64,000 nucleotides of DNA from Candidatus Zhuqueibacterota bacterium (GTDB lineage: Bacteria > Zhuqueibacterota > Zhuqueibacteria > Thermofontimicrobiales > Thermofontimicrobiaceae). Under the pieces are notes generated by a model. The model made no database searches. It saw nothing but the letters and a program-made list of their open reading frames with translations, and was not told the origin of the DNA. Below are positions 30,580 through 39,788 of this stretch, piece by piece. How positions within the stretch are numbered: the first letter of the stretch is position 1; the number at the start of each line of letters is the position of its first letter. A program made the position numbers and the translations under genes. The stretch is from positions 128,001 to 192,000 of the forward strand of contig JBMOPW010000026.1 of NCBI GenBank assembly GCA_049322915.1, read 5' to 3'.

Positions 30580-31254
30580 TTAATTTTTCGAGAGCAAACT
30601 TCTGGTGACAATCCTGATGAAGCGCAACGTATCCGCACCCCGATGGATGTGGCTTTTCTGATCCCCATAAATTGTTTTTATGGGCACATGCGCGAGCCTG
30701 CATTTCTGAATCAACAGTTTAACCAGTAATTCGGACTCCATTTCGTAGCGATCGCTGGTCAGATGAATCCGGCGCAGTGACTCAGTGGTCATCAGGCGGT
30801 ACCCATTTTGGCTATCCCGCACCCGCTGCCCGGTGAAAAGAGAAATGAGCAGCGAGGTTGTTTTATTGCTGAATTGACGGTCCAACGGCATAGCTGAAAA
30901 GTCGTGGGTGCGGTCGCCCAAAACAAGATCCGCTCTTTGTTCAATATAGCATTGAACAAATTTGGGAATTTCACGGGGGTCATGCTGCATGTCGGCATCG
31001 AGGGAAATGACAGCCTCGTACGAGTGTTCCAGCGCGTAGTTAAAACCGTGTCGCAGGGAATATCCTTTCCCGCGATTGGTCTCATTGTGCAAAAGGATCG
31101 CGCCGGATTCCCTGGCGACAGCAGCGGTGCCATCGGTGGATCCGTCATCAATCACGACAATATCCCGGGACGCCACATAGCCTTTCACCCCGCGGATGAC
31201 GTCGCCGATTGTGGTTTCAGCATTATAGGCCGGGATTATGACACAGACATTCAT
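30580..31254 (-). CDS. Glycosyltransferase family 2 (DPM1-like)
   Basis: IIPAYN, IDDGSTDGT, NRGKG, LDADMQH, DSQNGYR. Confidence 0.92.
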   Translation of the reverse strand: MNVCVIIPAYNAETTIGDVIRGVKGYVASRDIVVIDDGSTDGTAAVARESGAILLHNETNRGKGYSLRHGFNYALEHSYEAVISLDADMQHDPREIPKFVQCYIEQRADLVLGDRTHDFSAMPLDRQFSNKTTSLLISLFTGQRVRDSQNGYRLMTTESLRRIHLTSDRYEMESELLVKLLIQKCRLAHVPIKTIYGDQKSHIHRGADTLRFIRIVTRSLLSKN

Positions 31255-31260
31255 TGCTGT

Positions 31261-32379
31261 TTATTTTCCCTGCATCAAACGAATCACGCTGTCCGCAATC
31301 ATTTTGGCTGAAGAAGGATGATAAAACTTCTGGCTGTTCGCCTTGATTTTGGAGAGCTTTTCTTCATCGAAAATCAGTCTTCGAATTCGGTCCGCCAATA
31401 GCGTTGGCGTCAGGTCTTTTTGAAGGATCATCTCGGCCGCGCCGGCGTCCATCAGCACGCGGGCGTTTTTTTCCTGATGGCCTTCTGCTGCATGTGGCAG
31501 CGGGACAAAAATAGCCGGCAGTCCGGATTGAACGAGTTCGGCAATGGTGATGGCGCCGGATCGGCAAAATGCCAGGTCCGCGCATGCATAGGCTTCGGAC
31601 ATAGTGTAGATGAACGGCTGAATATAGAGCCGGTGCGGCAAGGCGGCGCACGCCCGTTTCATCGGTTCGAAATCCGATTCCCCTGTCTGCCAGATCAATT
31701 GAATGTCCGTGGCCAGGAGAGGAAGCGTTTCCAGCATCGCCTTATTCAACGCGGCTGCACCCTGGCTGCCGCCAAAAAGTAGCAGCGTTTTTTTGGCTGT
31801 GTCAAGGCCAAATTTCGCCAATGCTTCGGCGCGCGAGATGCCGCCTGTCGACATTCGGACAGGGTTGCCGGTGATTTTAAATTTGGAATCATCCCTGACC
31901 TTTTTCAAATGATGCCTGGCCTCTTCAAAAGCGAGGTGGATTTCGTCGACGCGCGAGGCCAGTATTTTCGTGGTGATGCCGGGATAGCTGTTCTGCTCCT
32001 GAATGAGCGTCGGAATTCCCAGCAGGTGAGCGGCGTAGACGACCGGTCCGCACACGTAGCCGCCTGTTCCCACGACCACATGGGGTCGGTAGCGAATCAG
32101 AAAAAGGATTGATTGAACGAGACCCACCAACAACGAGAAGATGAACGTGAACGATTTGAGGCTCAGCTTCCGGGCAATGTACTCCACGTGAATGGTTTTG
32201 AGCGGGTACCCTTCGCGCGGAACGATCTTTTCCTCGATTCGATTCTTTACTCCGACGAAAGTGATTTCCACGCCGGGCAGCGTCTGTCTGACTGCCTGCG
32301 CAATGGCAATGCCGGGATAGACATGTCCGCCGGTGCCGCCGCCGGAGATTACAATTCGGTACTGCGTATCTTGCTTCAT
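31261..32379 (-). CDS. murG: Undecaprenyl-PP-MurNAc-pentapeptide GlcNAc transferase
   Basis: GGGTGGHVYP, GTGGYV, QEQN, TGNPVR, GGSQGA, RSGAIT..E, HQEKNA; start may be 32379 or 32394. Confidence 0.93.
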   Translation of the reverse strand: MKQDTQYRIVISGGGTGGHVYPGIAIAQAVRQTLPGVEITFVGVKNRIEEKIVPREGYPLKTIHVEYIARKLSLKSFTFIFSLLVGLVQSILFLIRYRPHVVVGTGGYVCGPVVYAAHLLGIPTLIQEQNSYPGITTKILASRVDEIHLAFEEARHHLKKVRDDSKFKITGNPVRMSTGGISRAEALAKFGLDTAKKTLLLFGGSQGAAALNKAMLETLPLLATDIQLIWQTGESDFEPMKRACAALPHRLYIQPFIYTMSEAYACADLAFCRSGAITIAELVQSGLPAIFVPLPHAAEGHQEKNARVLMDAGAAEMILQKDLTPTLLADRIRRLIFDEEKLSKIKANSQKFYHPSSAKMIADSVIRLMQGK

Positions 32380-33089
32380 TCCTATTCTTTCCATGTTTTT
32401 CTCAACCCCGAAGTCACACAATTTTTATTGAGTATTGAACGATGACCAATTTGCTTGTGGTAAATTTTCAATTTCCTGATTCCCATTCCTTCGAGCCACT
32501 GCGACTTCAAAGCGCCTCGATTTCTTTTTTTCAATCTAATAAAAATAATAGAATAAAATCAAGACAAATTTTCCGTTTTCAAATCCGTGAAAAGAAATTC
32601 ATGTGAACGAAATTTCAGTTACTAAAATCTTTTCAAACTACTCAGGTGTTCACTATGTTGAAATGTGATGGAAGCGGCTGAATTCTTTAGCGCGCATCCA
32701 CTATCACCATGCTGAAGCATGGCGCTGGTTCAACATTGTACCAACACAACGATGTATCGTGGTGTCCAAAAATCTACCGGCCAGCTAACCAGCAGCTTCA
32801 GGAATACGCGAGCTGAGTAATTACACAAAATATCATTCATAAAATCAAGGGTGTAGGCCTTCACTGCACTGTATTTTCAAACAACACCTCCGATGTACAA
32901 GAACGTTTAGCGCTTTTAAATTTCCAAAATAGCACAACATAATTTAACTGTTGAAGTTGGCCTGGCTCGTTCGATTTTATTCGATCTGGAGTATAGAGCC
33001 CGGCGCCAAAAACGTCTTGATTTTTATTGGAAATAATTGTAGTATTAACTTCCGCTAATTCCTGGATGGATTATCATATAGGTTTACAG

Positions 33090-33866
33090 ATGCATGCTCA
33101 GCTTTATTTTATTATTTCTCTGATGCTCGTTTCATCGGGCCGCGCGCAGCAGGGTCAACCAGCCTCGGCTGGGAATTTTGTCGGGGAGCGGTTGGAATTT
33201 CAGATGCAATATTTGAATATGTCTGCGGCAACATTAGTGTTTGAAATGCGCGAGGATTCGAATTTTTATCATCTCAGGGTCGCGGCAAAATCCACTGGCA
33301 AGGCGACGATTTTTTTTTCTCTGGATAATGTTTACGAAGCAATGCTGATGAAACAGAATCTGCTCCCGGTGCGAATTGAAAAAACAATCCGGCAGAAAAA
33401 TATCGCACGTGATGTCGTGATCCAATATGACCACGAAACAGGCATTGCATCGCTGGCGGATTCAGTTCGCTGGCCCATTCCGGCTGACTGCTATCACTAT
33501 TTTTCCATGCTCTATTTCTTTCGAACGATAGCCTGGGACCAGGTCGATTTGCAGCGATTGCACCTCGACTCCGAATATATTATCTCGGCGGTCGATGTTT
33601 CGTTGCAGCCTGAGCCGGAACTGACGACCACGCCGGCGGGGCAATTCAGCACAAGACGCCTGGAACTTGCCTTTACGCCACAGTCGGACGAGGCGCGCCC
33701 CTGGAAGACGGACTTGCTCACCAATCGGTTGGCGAAACCAGGATCCGAGGTGACATTTTGGTTCAGCGACGATGAGGCGCGATTACCCGTGAAAATATCG
33801 TACGGCAATTCAGCAGTCAAAACTGTCATTGTGTTAACTTCATTCTCGCGAGGGGCTCGGAATTGA
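33090..33866 (+). CDS. DUF3108 domain protein, exported
   Basis: Signal peptide, GERLEF..QY, FWFSDDEARLPVKI. Confidence 0.75.
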   Translation: MHAQLYFIISLMLVSSGRAQQGQPASAGNFVGERLEFQMQYLNMSAATLVFEMREDSNFYHLRVAAKSTGKATIFFSLDNVYEAMLMKQNLLPVRIEKTIRQKNIARDVVIQYDHETGIASLADSVRWPIPADCYHYFSMLYFFRTIAWDQVDLQRLHLDSEYIISAVDVSLQPEPELTTTPAGQFSTRRLELAFTPQSDEARPWKTDLLTNRLAKPGSEVTFWFSDDEARLPVKISYGNSAVKTVIVLTSFSRGARN

Positions 33867-35005
33867 TCGTTTCGTTGGGCGTCATGACTCTGGCGTTTCT
33901 CTATCTCATCTTCTCCCTTTTCATCCGCCGTGGAATAAAAGACTACCCGCAGACTGAGCGGAACGACCGCTCTGTCACCGTCATCGTTTCGGCTCGCAAT
34001 GAAGCTGGCACGATTCAGGCATGCCTGGAATCGCTGGCGGAACTGGACTACCCACGCGATCTCCTGCAGATCATTGTCGTGGACGACAGATCCGAGGACA
34101 ACACCCGCGCCCTGATTGCAGAGTGCATTCGGGGAAAATCCCAATTTCGTTGCCATGCAGTGGCGGCGTGCAATCCAGAATTGTCTGGCAAGGCCAATGC
34201 AGTGGCCAGGGCGATGAAATCGAGCGTCGGCGAAATCGTCCTGATTACCGATGCCGATTGCACCGTCCCGCCACAGTGGGTTCGAACCATGACTTCCTAT
34301 TTTACGCGCGACGTGGGCATGGTTGCCGGGTTCACGCTTGTGAATCACTCGAATCGCTTGTTCGCAAAACTGCAAGCCTTTGACTGGGCGTATCTGTTGG
34401 CTATCGGCGCGGGCGCTGCCGGACTGGGCCGGCCTTTGAGTTGCATCGGCAATAATTTTGGGTTCCGGCGTTCTGTGTACGAAGAGGTCGGCGGATTCGA
34501 GGCCATCGGATTCAGCGTTGCCGAAGATTTCGCCCTGCTCAAAACGATAGCGGATACAACGCGCTGGCGCATCGTTTTCCCTGTCGACCGGGAAAGCCTG
34601 GTAACGAGCAAACCCATTGCGCGGCCGGGCGATTTTTTCTCGCAACGAAAACGCTGGATTCTGGGCGGAAAGTCGGTTCATTGGTTTGGCAAAATCCTGA
34701 TTTCTCTGAGCGTCCTCGCCCATTGGGCGATTGCCGGCGCGCTGTTGATCGGCGAGCCGCTGACAGTCTTAGCCAGTGCGGCGCTTGCTCTGTTCGCTGG
34801 GGACATGCTCGCGCTTCAACCGGTCGTATCGCGGCTGGGCCTTAAGGATATGCTGAAATTATGGCCGTTGTACAAGCTATTTTTTCTGGCCTATTCCGTG
34901 GGATTATCGGCCATCGTGCTGGCCAGCCGCAAAGTGGTCTGGAAAGGCGTGGCGTATACGGCGCAGCGCGTGGTTTTGAAAAATACTATTCGTGGCAATC
35001 GATGA
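33863..35005 (+). CDS. Membrane glycosyltransferase family 2
   Basis: ARNE, VDDRSEDNT, GKANA, TDADC, EDF, QRKRW; C-terminal TMs. Confidence 0.92.
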   Translation: MIVSLGVMTLAFLYLIFSLFIRRGIKDYPQTERNDRSVTVIVSARNEAGTIQACLESLAELDYPRDLLQIIVVDDRSEDNTRALIAECIRGKSQFRCHAVAACNPELSGKANAVARAMKSSVGEIVLITDADCTVPPQWVRTMTSYFTRDVGMVAGFTLVNHSNRLFAKLQAFDWAYLLAIGAGAAGLGRPLSCIGNNFGFRRSVYEEVGGFEAIGFSVAEDFALLKTIADTTRWRIVFPVDRESLVTSKPIARPGDFFSQRKRWILGGKSVHWFGKILISLSVLAHWAIAGALLIGEPLTVLASAALALFAGDMLALQPVVSRLGLKDMLKLWPLYKLFFLAYSVGLSAIVLASRKVVWKGVAYTAQRVVLKNTIRGNR

Positions 35006-35961
35006 AGCCGATCCTGTGTTTTTACTACATCACCTATCGCTGCAACATGAAATGCAGCTACTGCGACATCTGGAAAAAGGGTCAACGTCCGAATGCCAGG
35101 GATAGTCAACTTCGTGAGGTGGCGGATAATCTGCCTCAGCTACGATCGCTGGGAATTCGATTCATCGATTTCACCGGCGGCGAGCCGTTGCTCCATCCTG
35201 ATCTGCCGGCAATGCTGGCGCTGGCGAAAAAATTGGGATTCCGAACCACGGTGACGACCAATTGTTTGCTCTATCCGCAGAAGGCGGAGTCGCTGAAAGG
35301 GCTCGTGGATTTTCTCCACTTCTCTCTGGATTCTCTCGATGAAGCTGACAACAATCGGTTGCGTGGGAAGAATTCGTTTGTCAGTGTAATGAAGAGTATC
35401 GAAATCGCAAAGGAATTGGGGGAGCGTCCCGATATTCTGTTCACGGCAACAATTTTCAATTTCAAAGCCATCGATAATTTGAGCCGCTTTGTGGCAGAGC
35501 AAAAACTGATGCTGATTGTCAATCCGGTTTTTCGCTACGGCAGCCAGGAAATCCTGAATGATGCGATGCTGGATTATCTGGAGAAATTCAAACGCAAGCC
35601 GTATGTCTATGTCAATAAAGCGTTTCATCGCCTGATTCGAAACGGCGGCAACGATACGACGAACCCCCGCTGTCGCGCGATCTCTTCGACCATCGTCATT
35701 TCGCCTGCGAATGAAGTGATCTTGCCCTGTTATCATTTCGCCCAATTGTCCATTCCCATTCGAGGCAACTTAAAACAGATTCGCGAATCGAAAATGGTAA
35801 CGTTACTAAAAAAACAGCAGGGAAGTTTTCCCTTTTGTCAGGGCTGCACCGTCAATTGCTATTTCGATCCTTCGTTTCTGTACAAACTGGACAGCTATTT
35901 TTGGTTGAGTTTGATTTCGAAGGTGAAGTATGGGGTTGATAAATATGTGAGGTTCAAATAA
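35002..35961 (+). CDS. Radical SAM protein with C-terminal Cys cluster (SPASM/twitch-like)
   Basis: CNMKCSYC, FTGGEP, SLDS; C-terminal C..PC..CQGCTVNC. Confidence 0.92.
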   Translation: MKPILCFYYITYRCNMKCSYCDIWKKGQRPNARDSQLREVADNLPQLRSLGIRFIDFTGGEPLLHPDLPAMLALAKKLGFRTTVTTNCLLYPQKAESLKGLVDFLHFSLDSLDEADNNRLRGKNSFVSVMKSIEIAKELGERPDILFTATIFNFKAIDNLSRFVAEQKLMLIVNPVFRYGSQEILNDAMLDYLEKFKRKPYVYVNKAFHRLIRNGGNDTTNPRCRAISSTIVISPANEVILPCYHFAQLSIPIRGNLKQIRESKMVTLLKKQQGSFPFCQGCTVNCYFDPSFLYKLDSYFWLSLISKVKYGVDKYVRFK

Positions 35962-36123
35962 CTGCCTTGCGGCGTATGGAATTTCGTCAGGCGTTTTCAT
36001 TGCTGTGGAAAAGATAAATATTGATTTTTAGAAAAAATATGGGCATATTCATAAGTGATAACAGATAAGAACTGTACTGCTATTCAAATATGTTACAAAT
36101 TTTCGATTACAGGATTCAACTAA

Positions 36124-36284
36124 CCTGAATTATTCATGAACTTGCTCAGAATTTGAGTCAACATTCAGATTCTCAATTAGCTAAAAGCTAAGCTATTTTG
36201 AAACTCAATTTTTGTACGTTTATTCTAAAAAGAACACCATTCAGGTTAGCCAGCCTCCTTTAAAAATAATATGAATAATGCAGG
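36124..36284 (+). mobile_element. 161-bp MITE copy 4
   Basis: CTAA flanks on both sides; right flank abuts ATG 36289. Confidence 0.92.
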
Positions 36285-36288
36285 CTAA

Positions 36289-36608
36289 ATGTCTGAATTT
36301 TTCGATTTAGCCTTAGGTGATATACGAGACTGGGAAATTATTTACAGAATACATGCGACCAAGCGTATGTACAAGAGAAATATCGAAGAAGAAGATATTA
36401 TATTCCTGCTCGAAAATGGTAAAATAATTGAACGATATGAAGAAGATTTTTCGTTTCCAAGCGTCTTAGTTAATGGGCAAACATTGGGGAAAAGGCCAAT
36501 GCACACAGTGGTTGGAATAGATCACAAAGACAAGAACTCTACTTCATCACCGCTTATGAGTCTGATTCCCAAAACTGGACGGATGATTTTTCACGGAGAA
36601 TTTCATGA
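36289..36608 (+). pseudogene. DUF4258 family putative toxin, frameshifted
   Basis: HATKRMYKRNI, GKIIERY, RPMHTV; the expected C-terminus LYFITAYESDSQNWTDDFSRRIS* lies in another frame from ~36536 and ends overlapping the next ATG. Confidence 0.8.
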
Positions 36609-36829
36609 AATGCGCGATTTGTAAAAATGGATATACTTCCAAAGGGCGAATTACGGTTGTTTTAGACAACGACCAAACTACACTTGTTTTTAAAAATGTT
36701 CCAGCGGAAATTTGTGATAACTGTGGTGAAGAGTATGTTTCATCTGAAACAAACCGAAAATTGCTTCAACTTGCCAGGGAAGCTTCGGACCGTGGGGTCT
36801 CTCTTGAATTGTTGAGTTATGCTGCTTAG
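36605..36829 (+). CDS. YgiT-type zinc finger / MqsA-like antitoxin
   Basis: MKCAICK...FKNVPAEICDNCGEEY. Confidence 0.9.
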   Translation: MKCAICKNGYTSKGRITVVLDNDQTTLVFKNVPAEICDNCGEEYVSSETNRKLLQLAREASDRGVSLELLSYAA

Positions 36830-36990
36830 CCTGCATGATTCATAGTATTTTTAAAGGAGGCTGGCTAACCTGAATGGTGCTCTTTTAAGAGTAAACGTAC
36901 AAAAACTGAGTTTCAAAATAGCTCAGATTTTAGCTAATTGAAAATCTGAAAGTTGACTCAAATTCTGAGCAAGTTCATGAATAATTCAGG
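36830..36990 (-). mobile_element. 161-bp MITE copy 5
   Basis: TTAG flanks on both sides; left TTAG contains the antitoxin stop codon. Confidence 0.92.
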
Positions 36991-37102
36991 TTAGTGCTTG
37001 TGTGGCCGGATAACAGAGAATTTTAAATTGAATATCCTCGACAAAAGGTTTTACCGCAGTGACTTTCCAAGATAAAGATTAAATATTTAGCCACCAAAAC
37101 AC

Positions 37103-38725
37103 ATGAAAAATTTTTTCCCTGAATTTTTATTCCCCATCATTCTCTACGCTGAAACGCATTACAAATTCAAGGGAATTTACAGCCGCTTTTTCAAGCGCGA
37201 GCCGGAAATCATTGCCGATGCGCCCATTCGGGTGGAACCAGGTCAGGCGATCCCTGTGGTGCTGCTGGTGAAAGACGCGTTTCGCTACCCCATTCGATTG
37301 AAATCGGTGACTATCGAGCTTCGTCAGGGTGATGCCGTCTTGCAGAAACATGATTTTTTATTGAACGAAAATCTGGACTCGCAGCGCTATTGGCATCGTC
37401 TGTTTCATATCAATGCGCCGCAGGGCGTGGCCGGTGGGATTGAAATCGATGTCATCATTCAGATTGAAATCAACGGTCGAACAAAGACCTATCGCAATGA
37501 CAATTACCGAATTTCATCCCATCTGCCGCTGCGGGTTCACCTGGCCGCCGATTCCCTGCCGCGGTTCCCTGGCTGGCATTTTGGCGATTTTCATTATCAC
37601 AGCAATTACACCGAAGATCAGGTGGAATTTGGAGCGCCGCTGCCTGTCGCTGCGGAAATGGCGCGGGCCATGGGGCTCAGCTTTTTTGCGGTGACAGACC
37701 ATTCCTACGATCTGGACGATCGCGAGGATTCGTGGGTGATCAATGACCCGGCATTGCCCAAATGGATGAGGCTCCGGGAAGAAGTGGCTGCGTTGAATGC
37801 CCAATTCAGCGGGTTCGCAATCCTGCCTGGAGAAGAGGTTTCTGCCGGCAATAGCCGAAATCGAAACGTGCATCTGCTCATTATCAATGACCCCCGGTTT
37901 TACTCCGGCAAAGGTGACGGGGCCGAGCAATGGTTCAGCACCGCGCCGGATCTGGCTATCCCTCAAATCCTCGACGCAATGGCGCCGGAGGCATTGGCGC
38001 TGGCAGGCCACCCTGAGATGCCATTCCCCTTCTTGCAATGGCTGCTCATCCGACGCGGACGCTGGGGCGCAGCCGATTTTGCCCACGCCAGATTGCACGG
38101 CATGCAGCTCTGGAATGGTGAGTTTGACCAGTCCTTTCATCGCGGATCGACAAACTGGATCCGCATGCTGCTGGGTGGCCGACGCATGGTGATCGTCGCG
38201 GGCAATGACGCCCACGGCAATTTCAATCGGTTCCGGCAGATTGGCTTTCCCTTCTTCACCATGCGCGAGACCAACGGCCAGTTGTTCGGAAAAATGCGCA
38301 CAGCCGTGCAACTGACCGGGGAAGTCAGCGTCCCGAACATCATCGGGGCGGTCAAAAAAGGCGCTGTTCAAATCACGACTGGTCCGGTGGTGGATTTGAC
38401 AGCGCGCAATGAGCGAGGGGAGAATGCGGGGCCAGGTGATGAAATCGCCGGACGCCGATTCGAAATTATCTGCAAAACCAGGTCGACGCCGGAATTCGGG
38501 AAATTGAAACAGGTGAGAATCATTCTGGGCGAATTGGGGCAGCGCAGGGAGCGGACTCTGCTGGAAAGGGACGCGTTTCAGTCCCCGTTTGACGATGAAG
38601 TGCAAGTTGGGCTGTCCGAGCTGACCGGCGCATCGTACATCCGGGTTGAAGTGACCTCAGAAATGGTCGATCAGGTTGCTGGTCGCTGCTTTTCCAATCC
38701 AGTCTGGTTTAACAAAATAAAATAA
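37103..38725 (+). CDS. PHP-like (CehA/McbA type) metallohydrolase
   Basis: GDFHYHS, VTDHS, GEEVS, GHP, GNDAH, TTGP, FSNPVW. Confidence 0.85.
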   Translation: MKNFFPEFLFPIILYAETHYKFKGIYSRFFKREPEIIADAPIRVEPGQAIPVVLLVKDAFRYPIRLKSVTIELRQGDAVLQKHDFLLNENLDSQRYWHRLFHINAPQGVAGGIEIDVIIQIEINGRTKTYRNDNYRISSHLPLRVHLAADSLPRFPGWHFGDFHYHSNYTEDQVEFGAPLPVAAEMARAMGLSFFAVTDHSYDLDDREDSWVINDPALPKWMRLREEVAALNAQFSGFAILPGEEVSAGNSRNRNVHLLIINDPRFYSGKGDGAEQWFSTAPDLAIPQILDAMAPEALALAGHPEMPFPFLQWLLIRRGRWGAADFAHARLHGMQLWNGEFDQSFHRGSTNWIRMLLGGRRMVIVAGNDAHGNFNRFRQIGFPFFTMRETNGQLFGKMRTAVQLTGEVSVPNIIGAVKKGAVQITTGPVVDLTARNERGENAGPGDEIAGRRFEIICKTRSTPEFGKLKQVRIILGELGQRRERTLLERDAFQSPFDDEVQVGLSELTGASYIRVEVTSEMVDQVAGRCFSNPVWFNKIK

Positions 38726-39116
38726 ATTGAAATTCACGGGATCGTAACCTGTTTTAATTTCAATTGGTAAACTCATTTCAGGCAGGGGATGACAGCAGAA
38801 AAACCGCTTGATTTTTTAGAAATTAAAAATTATATTAGCACTGGCGATTGAAGAAAAATTTAAATGACCGGCAACGGTCGTTGGCGTGTAAGTCATCCTG
38901 ACGCGAGAAGAAATTTTCAGCGCGGAGCTGAAGAAAGTTGGCGAGGAGGGGATTTCAGACCGAGCCAAAACGAGGCGGGCGCCGAGCCTGTCGCCCGGGA
39001 TGAAGGAATACTGGCAGGTTTGTTGGGCACGTTAATCCAATTGTTCAATCCGACGAGAAATTGCAGGCAGCCTGGCATGTCATCTGAACGGACTGACTTA
39101 AATGAAGGTGTAAAAG

Positions 39117-39596
39117 GTGAAGGATTTTGCAGAAGAAGATTTTACCATTTCGCCGGAATTGTTGAAAATAAATGAACGGCAAATCGCCATTCTGGATCAG
39201 GAAAACACGGATGGCGAAGGCTGGGATTATTATTGCAATGGTCAGGTTGTTCGGGCGACAATGTATAAAAACAGGATAGTCGGAACTGTGCGGGAATTGC
39301 TTGAGACCTTTGACGTGGAAATAAAGGTGGAGCAAGACGAAATTATCACCTCGTGCAGTTGCGGCACCAAAGCGGGAGTTTGCAAGCATACGGTCGCTTT
39401 CCTTTATTCCTGGGTGAACGACCGCAGTGATTTTCTCAATGTCGGAAGCTCGATAAAGAAGCTGTACAAAATGGAGAAGAGTGAACTCATCGACATTATT
39501 GGTCGTGTGATTCAGAACGATCCGACGAACGTGAGGTTCTTTTTCAACAACGCACTTGACGAAGACGAACTGGATATTGAAGGCCTCATTGAATGA
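39117..39596 (+). CDS. SWIM zinc finger protein
   Basis: CSC-x5-CKH motif. Confidence 0.8.
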   Translation: MKDFAEEDFTISPELLKINERQIAILDQENTDGEGWDYYCNGQVVRATMYKNRIVGTVRELLETFDVEIKVEQDEIITSCSCGTKAGVCKHTVAFLYSWVNDRSDFLNVGSSIKKLYKMEKSELIDIIGRVIQNDPTNVRFFFNNALDEDELDIEGLIE

Positions 39597-39616
39597 ATGC
39601 AATGGTTTTTTATGTG

Positions 39617-39657
39617 AAAGCCGTTGGAATGGTCTTTTATTCCACCGGCTTTTTTTT
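39617..39657 (+). terminator. Intrinsic terminator
   Basis: AAAGCCG.TGGAAT...ATTCCA.CGGCTTTTTTTT. Confidence 0.85.
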
Positions 39658-39676
39658 GTGTTGCGCCACAGGACGA

Positions 39677-39692
39677 TGGCATTCTTTTTGCA
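39677..39692 (+). promoter_or_regulatory. Candidate sigma54 -24/-12 promoter
   Basis: TGGCATTCTTTTTGCA with GG-N10-GC spacing, about 100 nt upstream of the transglycosylase. Confidence 0.45.
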
Positions 39693-39788
39693 AAATTGTT
39701 AAAAAAATGTTAATAGTCCGATTGAGGTGAAGAAAGGCATACTTTAATTCATCATTATATTTTCTGAAGATACGATAAAAGTGGAAAG

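Noticed and set aside
493..38605. Long alternative ORFs such as 493-1410(+), 9555-10580(+), 29049-29939(+), 33512-34723(-) and 37514-38605(-)
   Set aside because: Antisense shadows of well-supported genes with no recognisable motifs
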